In this document: piece by piece, positions 52,460 through 60,547 of the stretch
How the letters are laid out: each line of letters starts with the position of its first letter
How positions within the stretch are numbered: position 1 is the stretch's first letter
Source of the DNA: an uncultured bacterium
GTDB lineage: Bacteria > Bacillota > Clostridia > Oscillospirales > Oscillospiraceae
Length of the DNA stretch: 64,000 nucleotides
Direction of reading: 5' to 3'
Assembly: GCA_946548895.1 (NCBI GenBank)
Contig: CAMNQF010000005.1
Span: 10,595 to 74,594 of the forward strand
Position numbers and translations under genes: made by a program
Notes under the pieces: model-generated
What the model saw: only the letters and a program-made list of their open reading frames with translations
The model's database searches: none
What the model was told of the DNA's origin: nothing

Positions 52460-52532
52460 CCGGGGGAAGGGGGGATACAAAAAGTCCATCGAAAGCGGTC
52501 TGACGATAAAAAATATAGCCCGCCCCGCCGCC

Positions 52533-52560
52533 GTATGAAAGAGCCTCCATCGGAAATACT
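52533..52560 (+). promoter_or_regulatory. candidate forespore (sigma-F/G type) promoter of sigG
   Basis: GTATG (52533-52537), a 14-nt spacer, then GGAAATACT (52552-52560). This resembles the GYATA-N15-GGnnAnAnT pattern. The spacing is one nt short. Confidence 0.35.
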
Positions 52561-52598
52561 GAACCTGTAACCATTCCGAAATAGCGAGGTGTTCTGCG

Positions 52599-53369
52599 GT
52601 GCAGGGAAAGGTGGAGATCTGCGGGGTCAATACGGCCAAGCTGAAGGTGCTGAAAAGCGAGGAGAGCATGGAGCTGCTCCGCCGGGCCAGGGCGGGGGAC
52701 ATGGCCGCCCGGGAGGAGCTGATCTCGGGCAACCTGCGGCTGGTGCTGTCCGTCATCCAGAAGTTCGCCGGCCGGGGGGAGAACGTGGACGACCTGTTCC
52801 AGGTGGGCTGCATCGGCCTCATCAAGGCCATCGACAACTTTAACATTGATATGGACGTGCGGTTTTCCACCTACGGCGTGCCCATGATCGTGGGGGAGAT
52901 CCGCCGCTATCTCCGGGACAACAGCGCCATCCGGGTGTCCCGGTCGGTGCGGGATACGGCGTACCGGGTGCTCCAGGCCAAGGAGAAGTATATGGCGGAG
53001 CACCAGAAGGAGCCCACGGTGGACGAGATCGCCAGGATCTTGGAGCTGCGCCGGGAGGATGTGGTCATGGCGCTGGACGCGGTGGTGGACCCGGTGTCCC
53101 TGTTCGAGCCGGTGTACTCCGACGGCGGGGACACGGTGTGCGTTATGGACCAGGTGCGGGACAAGAAGAATACCGACGAGGCGTGGCTGGAGCACATCGC
53201 CCTGGGGGACGCCATCAGCAAGCTGGACGAGCGGGAGCGCCGCATTCTGTCGCTGCGTTTTTTTCAGGGCAAAACCCAGATGGAGGTGTCCGCCGAGGTG
53301 GGCATATCCCAGGCGCAGGTGTCCCGGCTGGAAAAAAATGCCCTGAACCGAATCAGAAAAGAGCTGTGA
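52599..53369 (+). CDS. sigG: sporulation sigma factor SigG
   Basis: 256 aa with a GTG start. KVEICGVNTAKLKVLKSEE at the N-terminus. LRLVLSVIQKFAGRGENVDDLFQVGCIGLIKAIDNF is region 2. QMEVSAEVGISQAQVSRLEK is region 4. It follows sigE in the canonical order. Confidence 0.9.
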   Translation: MQGKVEICGVNTAKLKVLKSEESMELLRRARAGDMAAREELISGNLRLVLSVIQKFAGRGENVDDLFQVGCIGLIKAIDNFNIDMDVRFSTYGVPMIVGEIRRYLRDNSAIRVSRSVRDTAYRVLQAKEKYMAEHQKEPTVDEIARILELRREDVVMALDAVVDPVSLFEPVYSDGGDTVCVMDQVRDKKNTDEAWLEHIALGDAISKLDERERRILSLRFFQGKTQMEVSAEVGISQAQVSRLEKNALNRIRKEL

Positions 53370-53373
53370 ACAA

Positions 53374-53414
53374 AGCGCCCCGGGATTCCGAAACGGAATC
53401 CCGGGACGCTTTTC
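53374..53414. terminator. intrinsic terminator between sigG and pheT
   Basis: AGCGCCCCGGGATTCCG pairs with CGGAATCCCGGGACGCT as a 17-bp stem with one mismatch, followed by TTTTC. Confidence 0.7.
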
Positions 53415-53435
53415 AAGCTGCTGCGGAGGAGAAGG

Positions 53436-56135
53436 TCAGCGCAGCACCGCGCCGCAGTCCTTTTCCAGGGTTTCCAGAATGCTCCTCACGTCTTCGTCGG
53501 CCTCCTCGCCGGTGAGGGAGCGGTCGTCCGCCCGGAGCACCAGGTTAAAGGCCACCGATTTCTTGCCCTCGCCCAGGTTCTTGCCCCGGTAGATGTCGAA
53601 CAGGGATACCTCTTTGAGCAAGCCCTTGGCCCCTCTGCGGATGGCGGCCTCCAGCGCCCCTACCGTGACGGACTCATCGCATACCACGGCGATGTCCCGG
53701 GTGATGGGGGGGTACTTGGGCAGGGGGGCGTATACCGGGTCGGGGCCCTGGGCCATCAGCAGCTCGTCGAAACTGAGCTCCGCGCAGTACAGCTCCCCGT
53801 CCACGCCGAAGTTCTGGGCGGCCAGGGGGTGGATCTGGCCGAACACCCCCACGATGTCGCTGCCGCTGTACGCATAGGCGCACCGGCCCGGGTGGTAGGA
53901 GGGGTCCTCCGCGCACGGCTCAAAGCGGACGTCCTTGGCCCGGACGCCCTTCAGCAGGGCCTCCACGGCCCCCTTCATGGTGAAGAAGTCCATGCCGTTG
54001 CCGTAAGCGCCCAGGGTGAGGATCTGGGCTTCCATGGCCAGGCCGTCCTCGCCGCCGGGCAGGTAGATGCGGCCCAGCTCATACAGCCACGCGGACTTGT
54101 TTCGGTTGTTGTAGTTGCGGCCCAGCACCTCCAGCATGGAGGGCAGGGTGGTGGTGCGCATAATGGAGGTGTCCTCCCCCAGGGGGTTCAGGATCTTGAA
54201 GGAGCTGCGGTGGAAATCGTCGGGCTTCCACAGGATCTTGTCGTAGGCGGCGGGGGAGATGAAGGAATAGGTGATGACCTCGGTGTAGCCGCAGGCGCGG
54301 CACACCTCGCCCAGCCGGTTTTCCACCTTCTGCGCCGGGGACCATCCCCCCTGGGTGGTCTGCCCCCGCATGAGGGTGGAGGGGATATTGTTGTAGCCGT
54401 AGAACCGGGCCACCTCCTCGGCCAGGTCGGCCATGCGGCGCACGTCGCCCCGCCAGGAGGGGACCGTCACCTGATTGCCCTCCACGGCAAAGTCCAGCTT
54501 TTTGAGGATGCGGATCATCTCGTCCTCCGGCACGCCGGTGCCCAGCAGGGCGTTGATCTTGTCCGGCTCCACGGTGAGCACGGCGGGCTGGGGGACGTTG
54601 TTCAGGATGTCGATGACGCCGTCCACCACCTCGCCCGCGCCCAGCAGCTCCACCAGCTCGCAGGCCCGGTTGACGGCGGGCAGGGTGTTCATGGGGTCCA
54701 GGCCCTTCTCGAATTTGGCGGACGCCTCGGTGCGCATACCCAGGGCCAGGGCTCCCTTGCGGATGCAGGTGCCGTCGAAGCAGGCGGACTCGAACACCAC
54801 GTCCGCGGTGTCGGCCACGATCTCGGAGTTCAGCCCGCCCATGATGCCCGCCAGGCCCACGGCCCGGCCCTCGTCGGCGATGACCAGGTGGTTGGCGGTG
54901 AGGGTGTGTTCCTTGCCGTCCAGGGTGGTGAGCTTTTCCCCCTCGGCGGCCCGGCGGACGATGATCTTCCCGCCGTTCACGTAGCGGTAGTCAAAGGCGT
55001 GCATGGGCTGGCCGTACTCCAGCATGACGTAGTTGGTGATGTCCACGATGTTGTTGATGGGCCGCACCCCCATGGCCCGAAGGCGCTCCCGCATCCACTT
55101 GGGGGAGGGGGCGATCTTCACGTTGCGCACCATCCGGGCGGTGTACCGGGGCACCAGGTCGGCGTCGGGAGTTTCCACGTCCAGCAGGCCGGTGAGGACG
55201 CCGTCGGCCCCGCCCTTGACCTCAGGGGTGTGGAGGGTGAGGGGCTTGTCAAAGGTGGCGGCGGCTTCCCTGGCCAGGCCGATGACGGACAGGCAGTCCG
55301 GGCGGTTGGGGGTGATCTCGAACTCCACCACATGGTCGTCCAGGCCGGTGACGGCCTTGATGTCGTCGCCGGGCTTGCAGTCCTCCTGGAGGACGAAGAT
55401 GCCGCTGGGGCGGCAGTTTGGGAACTCCCGCTGCTCGGCGTGGAGGCCGGCCAGGGTGCAGATGGCCCCGGTTTTGACGTTATAGGCCACCAGGTCACCG
55501 GCGTGGAGGTTCTGGCAGGGGGTGGTGAGGATGGCGGCGGTGGGGCCGTCCTGCTCCGCGTAGGCCAGGGTACAGGCCCAGGCGCCGTTTTCGGCGGCGT
55601 TGACCTCCTTTACCTCCGCCGCCACCACAGAACCAAAAATTTTGTGCCCCGGCTGGATGTCCGCCGGGATGGAGGGCTTGGCCGGGTCGATGGGGTGGTA
55701 GTCCCCCAGAATGGCGGCGGGGGTGATGGCGGCGTAGGGAAAGTCCCGCTCGTCCAGGCCCAACTCGGTCAGGGAGCACAGCATTCCCTTGGACTTGACG
55801 CCCCGCAGGTTGCCCCGGGTGATGTGGACGCCGCCAGGGAGCCAGGAGTTGTCCTTGGCCACGGGGACCAGATCGCCCGCGTGGATGTTCCAGGCCCCGG
55901 TGACGATCTGCACCGGCTCCTCCTGGCCGATGTCCACCTGGCAGATCCACATATGGTCGGAGTCGGGGTGGCGCTCCATGGACAGGATGCGGCCCACCAC
56001 CACGTTGGAGATCTCCGCCCCCAGGTCGGTGGTGCCCTCCACCTTGGAGCCGGACAGGGTCATGGCTTCGGCGAACTCCTTGTCGTTTACATCTATCTGG
56101 ACAAACTCATTGAGCCATTTACGGCTTAAGTTCAT
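53436..56135 (-). CDS. pheT: phenylalanine--tRNA ligase beta subunit
   Basis: MNLSRKWLNEFVQIDV at the N-terminus. It contains a tRNA-binding domain, B3/4 and B5 regions, and a C-terminal FDX-ACB region. ATG 56135 has an AGAGG SD. Confidence 0.93.
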   Translation of the reverse strand: MNLSRKWLNEFVQIDVNDKEFAEAMTLSGSKVEGTTDLGAEISNVVVGRILSMERHPDSDHMWICQVDIGQEEPVQIVTGAWNIHAGDLVPVAKDNSWLPGGVHITRGNLRGVKSKGMLCSLTELGLDERDFPYAAITPAAILGDYHPIDPAKPSIPADIQPGHKIFGSVVAAEVKEVNAAENGAWACTLAYAEQDGPTAAILTTPCQNLHAGDLVAYNVKTGAICTLAGLHAEQREFPNCRPSGIFVLQEDCKPGDDIKAVTGLDDHVVEFEITPNRPDCLSVIGLAREAAATFDKPLTLHTPEVKGGADGVLTGLLDVETPDADLVPRYTARMVRNVKIAPSPKWMRERLRAMGVRPINNIVDITNYVMLEYGQPMHAFDYRYVNGGKIIVRRAAEGEKLTTLDGKEHTLTANHLVIADEGRAVGLAGIMGGLNSEIVADTADVVFESACFDGTCIRKGALALGMRTEASAKFEKGLDPMNTLPAVNRACELVELLGAGEVVDGVIDILNNVPQPAVLTVEPDKINALLGTGVPEDEMIRILKKLDFAVEGNQVTVPSWRGDVRRMADLAEEVARFYGYNNIPSTLMRGQTTQGGWSPAQKVENRLGEVCRACGYTEVITYSFISPAAYDKILWKPDDFHRSSFKILNPLGEDTSIMRTTTLPSMLEVLGRNYNNRNKSAWLYELGRIYLPGGEDGLAMEAQILTLGAYGNGMDFFTMKGAVEALLKGVRAKDVRFEPCAEDPSYHPGRCAYAYSGSDIVGVFGQIHPLAAQNFGVDGELYCAELSFDELLMAQGPDPVYAPLPKYPPITRDIAVVCDESVTVGALEAAIRRGAKGLLKEVSLFDIYRGKNLGEGKKSVAFNLVLRADDRSLTGEEADEDVRSILETLEKDCGAVLR

Positions 56136-56389
56136 AAGAAAAACCTCTCTTATCAAATATAGTAAGAGCGAAACGCAGTTTCGCGGTCAAAGCTCTTTTT
56201 GGTTCTTTGTTGTCACGCTGCGAAGCGGACAGGACGTTCGGTCGCTTTCGCTACGACTCAAGCAAAACCCAGCCCCGCTGTGCGGGCCTTGGGCTTTTGC
56301 TTTCGCTCCGCTCCAAGCTCCCTCACTGTCCGCCTCTCCGCGCTTCTCCTTTTCTTTCGAGAAAGAGAACGCCTGTCCGGCGCGGCCAA
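56136..56389 (-). other. 254-nt highly self-complementary pheS-pheT spacer
   Basis: Nested imperfect palindromes are centred near 56278 (AAGCAAAACCCAGCCCCGC / GCGGGCCTTGGGCTTTTGCTT). Outer pairings are GCGAAGCGGACAG with CTGTCCGC...CTTC and AAGAGC with GCTCTT. There are two GCGAAAGC units on the transcribed strand. No convincing ORF is present. Confidence 0.5.
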
Positions 56390-57415
56390 TCAGAACTGCT
56401 CCAGGAACCGCACGTCGTTCTCAAAGATGAGCCGCAGGTCGGCGATTTTGAACCGGCGCATGGCGGTGCGCTCCAGGCCCATGCCGAAAGCCCAGCCCGA
56501 CCACTCCTCCGGGTCGATGCCCGCCATCTCCAGCACGTGGGGATGGATCATCCCCGCGCCCAGCAGCTCGATCCAGCCCTCGCCCTTGCAGGTGGGGCAG
56601 CCCGCGCCGCCGCACTTGTGGCACTGTACGTCCATCTCGCAGGAGGGCTCGGTGAAGGGGAAGTGGTGGGGGCGGAACCGGGTGACGGTGCCCGCGCCGA
56701 AGAGCTGCTCGGCCAGCAGGTTCAGGGTGCCTTTCAGGTCGGCCATGGTGACGTTTTTGTCGATGACCATCCCCTCCACCTGGTGGAACATGGGGGAGTG
56801 GGTGGCGTCCACCTCGTCCTTGCGGTACACCCGGCCGGGGGCGATGATGCGGATGGGCAACTCCATGGAGTCCATGGCCCGCACCTGCATGGGGGAGGTC
56901 TGGGAGCGGAGCATCACCCGGCTGTCCTCGTCGAAATAGAAGGTGTCCGACCAGTCCCGGGAGGGGTGGCCCTCCTCGGCGTTGAGCCGGTCGAAGTTCA
57001 GCTGGGCCAGCTCGATCTCGGGGCCGTCCAGCACGGTGAAGCCCATGCCGATGAAGATCTCCTTGATCTCGTCCAGGGCGGTGTTCATGGGGTGGCGGCG
57101 GCCCACCTGCACGGTCTTGCCGGGGATGGTCACGTCCACCGTCTCCGCCTTCAGCTTCAGTTCCAGGGCGGCGGCCTCCATCTTCCGGGAGGCGGCTTCC
57201 AAGGCGCTTTCCAGGGCGGCCCGGACCTCGTTGGCCAGCTGGCCCATGGCGGGGCGCTCTTCGGCGGACAGCCTGCCCATCTGCTTCAGGACCGCCGTCA
57301 GCTCCCCTTTTTTGCCCAGATATTTCACCCGCAGCTCATCCAGGGCGGCGGCGTCCTTCACGCCCTCGAAGGCGGAGAGCGCCTCGGCGCGGATTTTTGC
57401 TAACTGTTCTTTCAT
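56390..57415 (-). CDS. pheS: phenylalanine--tRNA ligase alpha subunit
   Basis: 341 aa. The class II motifs are RSQTSPMQVR, GRVYRKDEVDATHSPMFHQVEG and FPFTEPS...GAGMIHP. Confidence 0.96.
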   Translation of the reverse strand: MKEQLAKIRAEALSAFEGVKDAAALDELRVKYLGKKGELTAVLKQMGRLSAEERPAMGQLANEVRAALESALEAASRKMEAAALELKLKAETVDVTIPGKTVQVGRRHPMNTALDEIKEIFIGMGFTVLDGPEIELAQLNFDRLNAEEGHPSRDWSDTFYFDEDSRVMLRSQTSPMQVRAMDSMELPIRIIAPGRVYRKDEVDATHSPMFHQVEGMVIDKNVTMADLKGTLNLLAEQLFGAGTVTRFRPHHFPFTEPSCEMDVQCHKCGGAGCPTCKGEGWIELLGAGMIHPHVLEMAGIDPEEWSGWAFGMGLERTAMRRFKIADLRLIFENDVRFLEQF

Positions 57416-57420
57416 ATCCT

Positions 57421-57747
57421 TTACTCCTTTTCCAAAAGCTCTGCCGTGACAGCGGTTCCGCTGGCTGAGACCATCATCATCTGGCCCAGGGATTCGTAGT
57501 CGATATCCACCCCGACCACGGCGTTAGCGCCAATGGCCTGGGCCCGCTTTTTCATCTCGTCCAAGGCCTGCTGCCGGGCCTCGGTCAGCGCCTCCTCGTA
57601 GGCGCTGGAGCGTCCGCCGAAAAGGTTGGTAAAACCGGCGGCAAAATCCCGGGCAAAGTCGGTGCCGATGATGACCTCGCCAAATACGAGGCCGCAGTAG
57701 TCGGTGATCCGCCAGCCTTGAATGGTTGGCGTTGTCGTTAAGAGCAT
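57421..57747 (-). CDS. YbjQ (DUF74) family protein
   Basis: [51 protein letters not shown]...[16 protein letters not shown] 57747 has a GGGAGA SD. Confidence 0.8.
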   Translation of the reverse strand: MLLTTTPTIQGWRITDYCGLVFGEVIIGTDFARDFAAGFTNLFGGRSSAYEEALTEARQQALDEMKKRAQAIGANAVVGVDIDYESLGQMMMVSASGTAVTAELLEKE

Positions 57748-57767
57748 CCCTGCGATTCTCCCTTCTG

Positions 57768-58000
57768 AAAATAAATAAAAGCCCTTCCTCCCCATCACTG
57801 GGGACGAAAGGCAACCCTTCCGCGGTACCACCCGCATTCCCGCGCGCGGCGCGGACACTCAAGGCCCCGTAACGGGGGGCAGGCCGTCCCCCTCTCGGGG
57901 GCCGCTCCCGGGCGAACAAGCGGCACATACCGGGGCGGCTTTCAGCCGGCGGCCGCCCCTCTCTTGGATACGCAAACCCGCTATTTTCCCATTCGTCGCA
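57768..58000 (-). promoter_or_regulatory. T-box leader (Phe specifier) with terminator
   Basis: Read on the minus strand. Stem I has AGAGAG. The specifier is TTC (complement of 57914-57916). The conserved T-box sequence is AATGCGGGTGGTACCGCG (57838-57821). The terminator is CCTTTCGTCCCCA / TGGGGAGGAAGGG plus CTTTTATTTATTTT (57811-57768). Confidence 0.85.
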
Positions 58001-58014
58001 TTTCACTAAAATTC

Positions 58015-58043
58015 TTTATATCATAATTGAGGCTGAAATGCAA
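58015..58043 (-). promoter_or_regulatory. promoter of the T-box/ybjQ-pheST transcript
   Basis: On the minus strand: TTGCAT (58043-58038), a 17-nt spacer, then TATAAA (58020-58015). Confidence 0.5.
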
Positions 58044-58222
58044 GGGGGAAAATGCTGATTGACCGAATTCTCCCCGCCTGGGGCGGGGAGAATCTCTGCC
58101 CCAGCATATAATATGTGGTTGAAATGCGAGGGGGGAAATGCCGGTTGACCGAATTCTCCCCGCCTGGGGCGGGGAGAATCTCTATCCCAGCATATAATAT
58201 GTGGTTGAAATGCGAGGGGGAA
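58024..58222. repeat. 86-bp tandem direct repeat, about 2.3 copies, each full copy carrying a 12-bp-arm palindrome
   Basis: GAAATGC(A/G)AG starts at 58035, 58121 and 58207, giving an 86-nt period. The palindrome ATTCTCCCCGCC-(TGG)-GGCGGGGAGAAT occurs in copies 1 and 2. Copies 2 and 3 are near-identical up to 58222. Confidence 0.85.
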
Positions 58223-58233
58223 AACGTTATAAT
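58205..58233 (+). promoter_or_regulatory. sigma-A type promoter of nnr
   Basis: TTGAAA (58205-58210), a 17-nt spacer, then TATAAT (58228-58233). The -35 box lies inside the third, partial repeat copy. Confidence 0.6.
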
Positions 58234-58260
58234 GAAGAGAAATTGAGGGGAGGGGCCGCT

Positions 58261-59877
58261 ATGAACCTGTACACCGCCGACCAGATGCGGGAGGCCGACC
58301 GCCGGGCCATCGAGGAGCGGGGCATTCCGTCCATCCAGCTGATGGAGAACGCCGCCATGGCGGTGGTGCGGGAGGTGCGCGCCCTGCCCATCCCGGGGCC
58401 GGGGCTGGACGGCCCTATCGGCTGGATCAGCGAGGACGGCCACATCCCGGACTCCGAGGAGGTCGCGGAGTTCTGGGCCATGCGGCGGCGGTCCGCCATC
58501 GTGTGGTGCGGCCCCGGCAACAACGGTGGGGACGGCGTGGCCGCCGCCCGCCTGCTGCTGGAGATGGGCTGGCTGGTAAAGTGCGTCCTGGTGGGGGACC
58601 GGGCCAAAATGACGGCTGACTGCCTGGAGATGGAGCGCCGCCTGGCGGAGGAGGGGGGCGTGCTGGAGGACTTTGATCCAGAGAATTGGGAGCAGTATAT
58701 GCCCTTTGACGTGGCCATTGACGCCATGTTCGGGGTGGGCCTTCACCGGGACCTGGGGCCCGACGCGGCTCTGGCGGCACAGATGACCCGCCGGGGGACG
58801 GGCTGGGTGGTGTCTGTGGACGTGCCCAGCGGCATCCACGCCGACACCGGCGCCGTGATGGGCTCGGCGGTGCGGGCGGACGTCACCGTCACCTTCTCCC
58901 GGGGCAAGCCGGGGCTGTACGTGGGCCAGGGGGCGGTGCACAGCGGCCGGGTGGTCATTGCCGGCATCGGCATCCCGGATGATCTGTACCCCAAGCGGGC
59001 CCAGACCGTGCTGGTGGGGCGTGAGGATGTGTACCTGTCCCCGAGGCCTGTGGACGCCCACAAGGGGAATTTCGGAAAACTGTTTATTCTGGCCGGGAGC
59101 CGGGGCTATACCGGGGCCGCGGCGCTGTGCGCCCGGGCGGCGGTCCGGGGGGGCGCGGGGCTGGTGACGCTGGCCGTGCCGGAGGACGTGTACCCCATCC
59201 TGGCGGCCAAATGCTGTGATGAGGTGATGGTGTGGCCCCTGCCCCCGGACGATGATGCCGTGGTGAAAAAGGCCAAGGGCTGCACCGCCGCCGTCATCGG
59301 CCCGGGCCTGGGACAGGGGGAGCGGGCCAGGCGGCTGGTGTACCGGCTGCTGGAGGAGCTGGCCTGCCCCGTGGTGCTGGACGCCGACGGTCTAAATATT
59401 ATTTCCGGGCATATAAATGATGCAGTGGCCACCTTGTCCCGCCACATTGACGTGCTGGACCGGCGGGAAGGGCTCACCGTCCTCACCCCCCACGACGGGG
59501 AGTTTGCCCGGCTGGACGGCTGCGGGCTGCCCATCCGGGACCGGCTGGGGCTGGCGCGGCGGTTCGCCGGGAAGCACCGCTGTGTGACGGTGCTCAAGGG
59601 ATACCGCACTGTCACCGCCTTCCCGGGCGGTTCCTGCGCCGTCAACCCCACCGGCAACCCCGGCATGGCCAAGGGGGGCAGCGGCGACGCCCTGGCGGGG
59701 CTGATGGGCGGGCTTCTGGCCCAGCGGGCCCAGCCGGAGGAGGCGGCCAAGGCGGTGTGGCTCCACGGCCGGGCGGGGGACCTGGCGGCGGAGGACAGGG
59801 GGGAGTACGGCATGACCCCCACGGACCTGATCAAGCGGATCCCTTACGCAATGAAGGAACTATTGGACAAGGAGTGA
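58261..59877 (+). CDS. nnr: bifunctional NAD(P)H-hydrate epimerase / ADP-dependent dehydratase
   Basis: MNLYTADQMREADRRAIEERGIPSIQLMENAA...CGPGNNGGDG is the YjeF_N region. GNPGMAKGGSGDALAG is the carbohydrate kinase region. Confidence 0.92.
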   Translation: MNLYTADQMREADRRAIEERGIPSIQLMENAAMAVVREVRALPIPGPGLDGPIGWISEDGHIPDSEEVAEFWAMRRRSAIVWCGPGNNGGDGVAAARLLLEMGWLVKCVLVGDRAKMTADCLEMERRLAEEGGVLEDFDPENWEQYMPFDVAIDAMFGVGLHRDLGPDAALAAQMTRRGTGWVVSVDVPSGIHADTGAVMGSAVRADVTVTFSRGKPGLYVGQGAVHSGRVVIAGIGIPDDLYPKRAQTVLVGREDVYLSPRPVDAHKGNFGKLFILAGSRGYTGAAALCARAAVRGGAGLVTLAVPEDVYPILAAKCCDEVMVWPLPPDDDAVVKKAKGCTAAVIGPGLGQGERARRLVYRLLEELACPVVLDADGLNIISGHINDAVATLSRHIDVLDRREGLTVLTPHDGEFARLDGCGLPIRDRLGLARRFAGKHRCVTVLKGYRTVTAFPGGSCAVNPTGNPGMAKGGSGDALAGLMGGLLAQRAQPEEAAKAVWLHGRAGDLAAEDRGEYGMTPTDLIKRIPYAMKELLDKE

Positions 59878-59885
59878 TCGGGAGG

Positions 59886-60485
59886 GTGCGCAAGGCGTTG
59901 TCTTGTGTACTGATGATAACCCTGCTGCTGTCCGGCTGCCGGGCCGGGAGCGCGGGCGAGACCCCGGAGGAGGCGGCGCTGGCCCTCCGGGAGGCGTATC
60001 AGGCGATGGCGGGCTGGTCCGCCGGGGTGGACATTTCGGTGTGCTACAGCGAGGCCGTGTTTGACTTCTCCCTGGACGCCCAGTGGAGCCGGGAGGGGGA
60101 GACGGTGCTCACCGTCACCGCCCCGGAGCTGGTGGCGGGCATCACCGCCCGCGTCGCCCCGGGGGAGACGGTGCTGGAGTACGACGGCGCGGGGCTGTCC
60201 CTGGGCCTGCTGGACGGCTCCGGGCTCACCCCGGTGTCCGCCGTCACCGCCATCATGGCGCAGATCGAACAGGGCTATATGGCCAAGTGCGCCTGGGCGG
60301 GGGAGAACGGGGAGCTGTTACAGATCTCCTTCCAGGACCCGGAGCGGGAGCCCAACACCGGCACCCAGTTCCTGCTCACCTTCGACCGGGCCAGCCAGGC
60401 TCTTCTGAGCGCGGAAGTGAGCACGGCGGGGGAGACGGTGCTGACGGCACAGATCAAAAATTTCACAGCGTCCCCCCAGGAGTGA
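59886..60485 (+). CDS. YdcC-like (LolA-fold) sporulation lipoprotein
   Basis: GTG 59886 follows AAGGAG. VRKALSCVLMITLLLSGC is the lipobox. It occupies the position immediately upstream of alr, as ydcC does in Bacillus subtilis. The family call is partly synteny-based. Confidence 0.6.
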   Translation: MRKALSCVLMITLLLSGCRAGSAGETPEEAALALREAYQAMAGWSAGVDISVCYSEAVFDFSLDAQWSREGETVLTVTAPELVAGITARVAPGETVLEYDGAGLSLGLLDGSGLTPVSAVTAIMAQIEQGYMAKCAWAGENGELLQISFQDPEREPNTGTQFLLTFDRASQALLSAEVSTAGETVLTAQIKNFTASPQE

Positions 60486-60547
60486 GCGGGGGACAGGGGG
60501 CGGAGGGCGCGGCGCGCCCAGCCCCGGCGAGGAGAGGACGACCTCAA

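Noticed and set aside
56136-56389. A basic 44-codon frame immediately after the pheS stop (LAAPDRRSLSRKKRRSAERR...)
   Set aside because: It has no ATG/GTG start with an SD. The basic composition is explained by the purine-rich arms of the palindromic spacer.
58024-58222. CRISPR array
   Set aside because: The units are contiguous 86-bp tandem copies with no unique spacers between short repeats. No cas genes are in the window.
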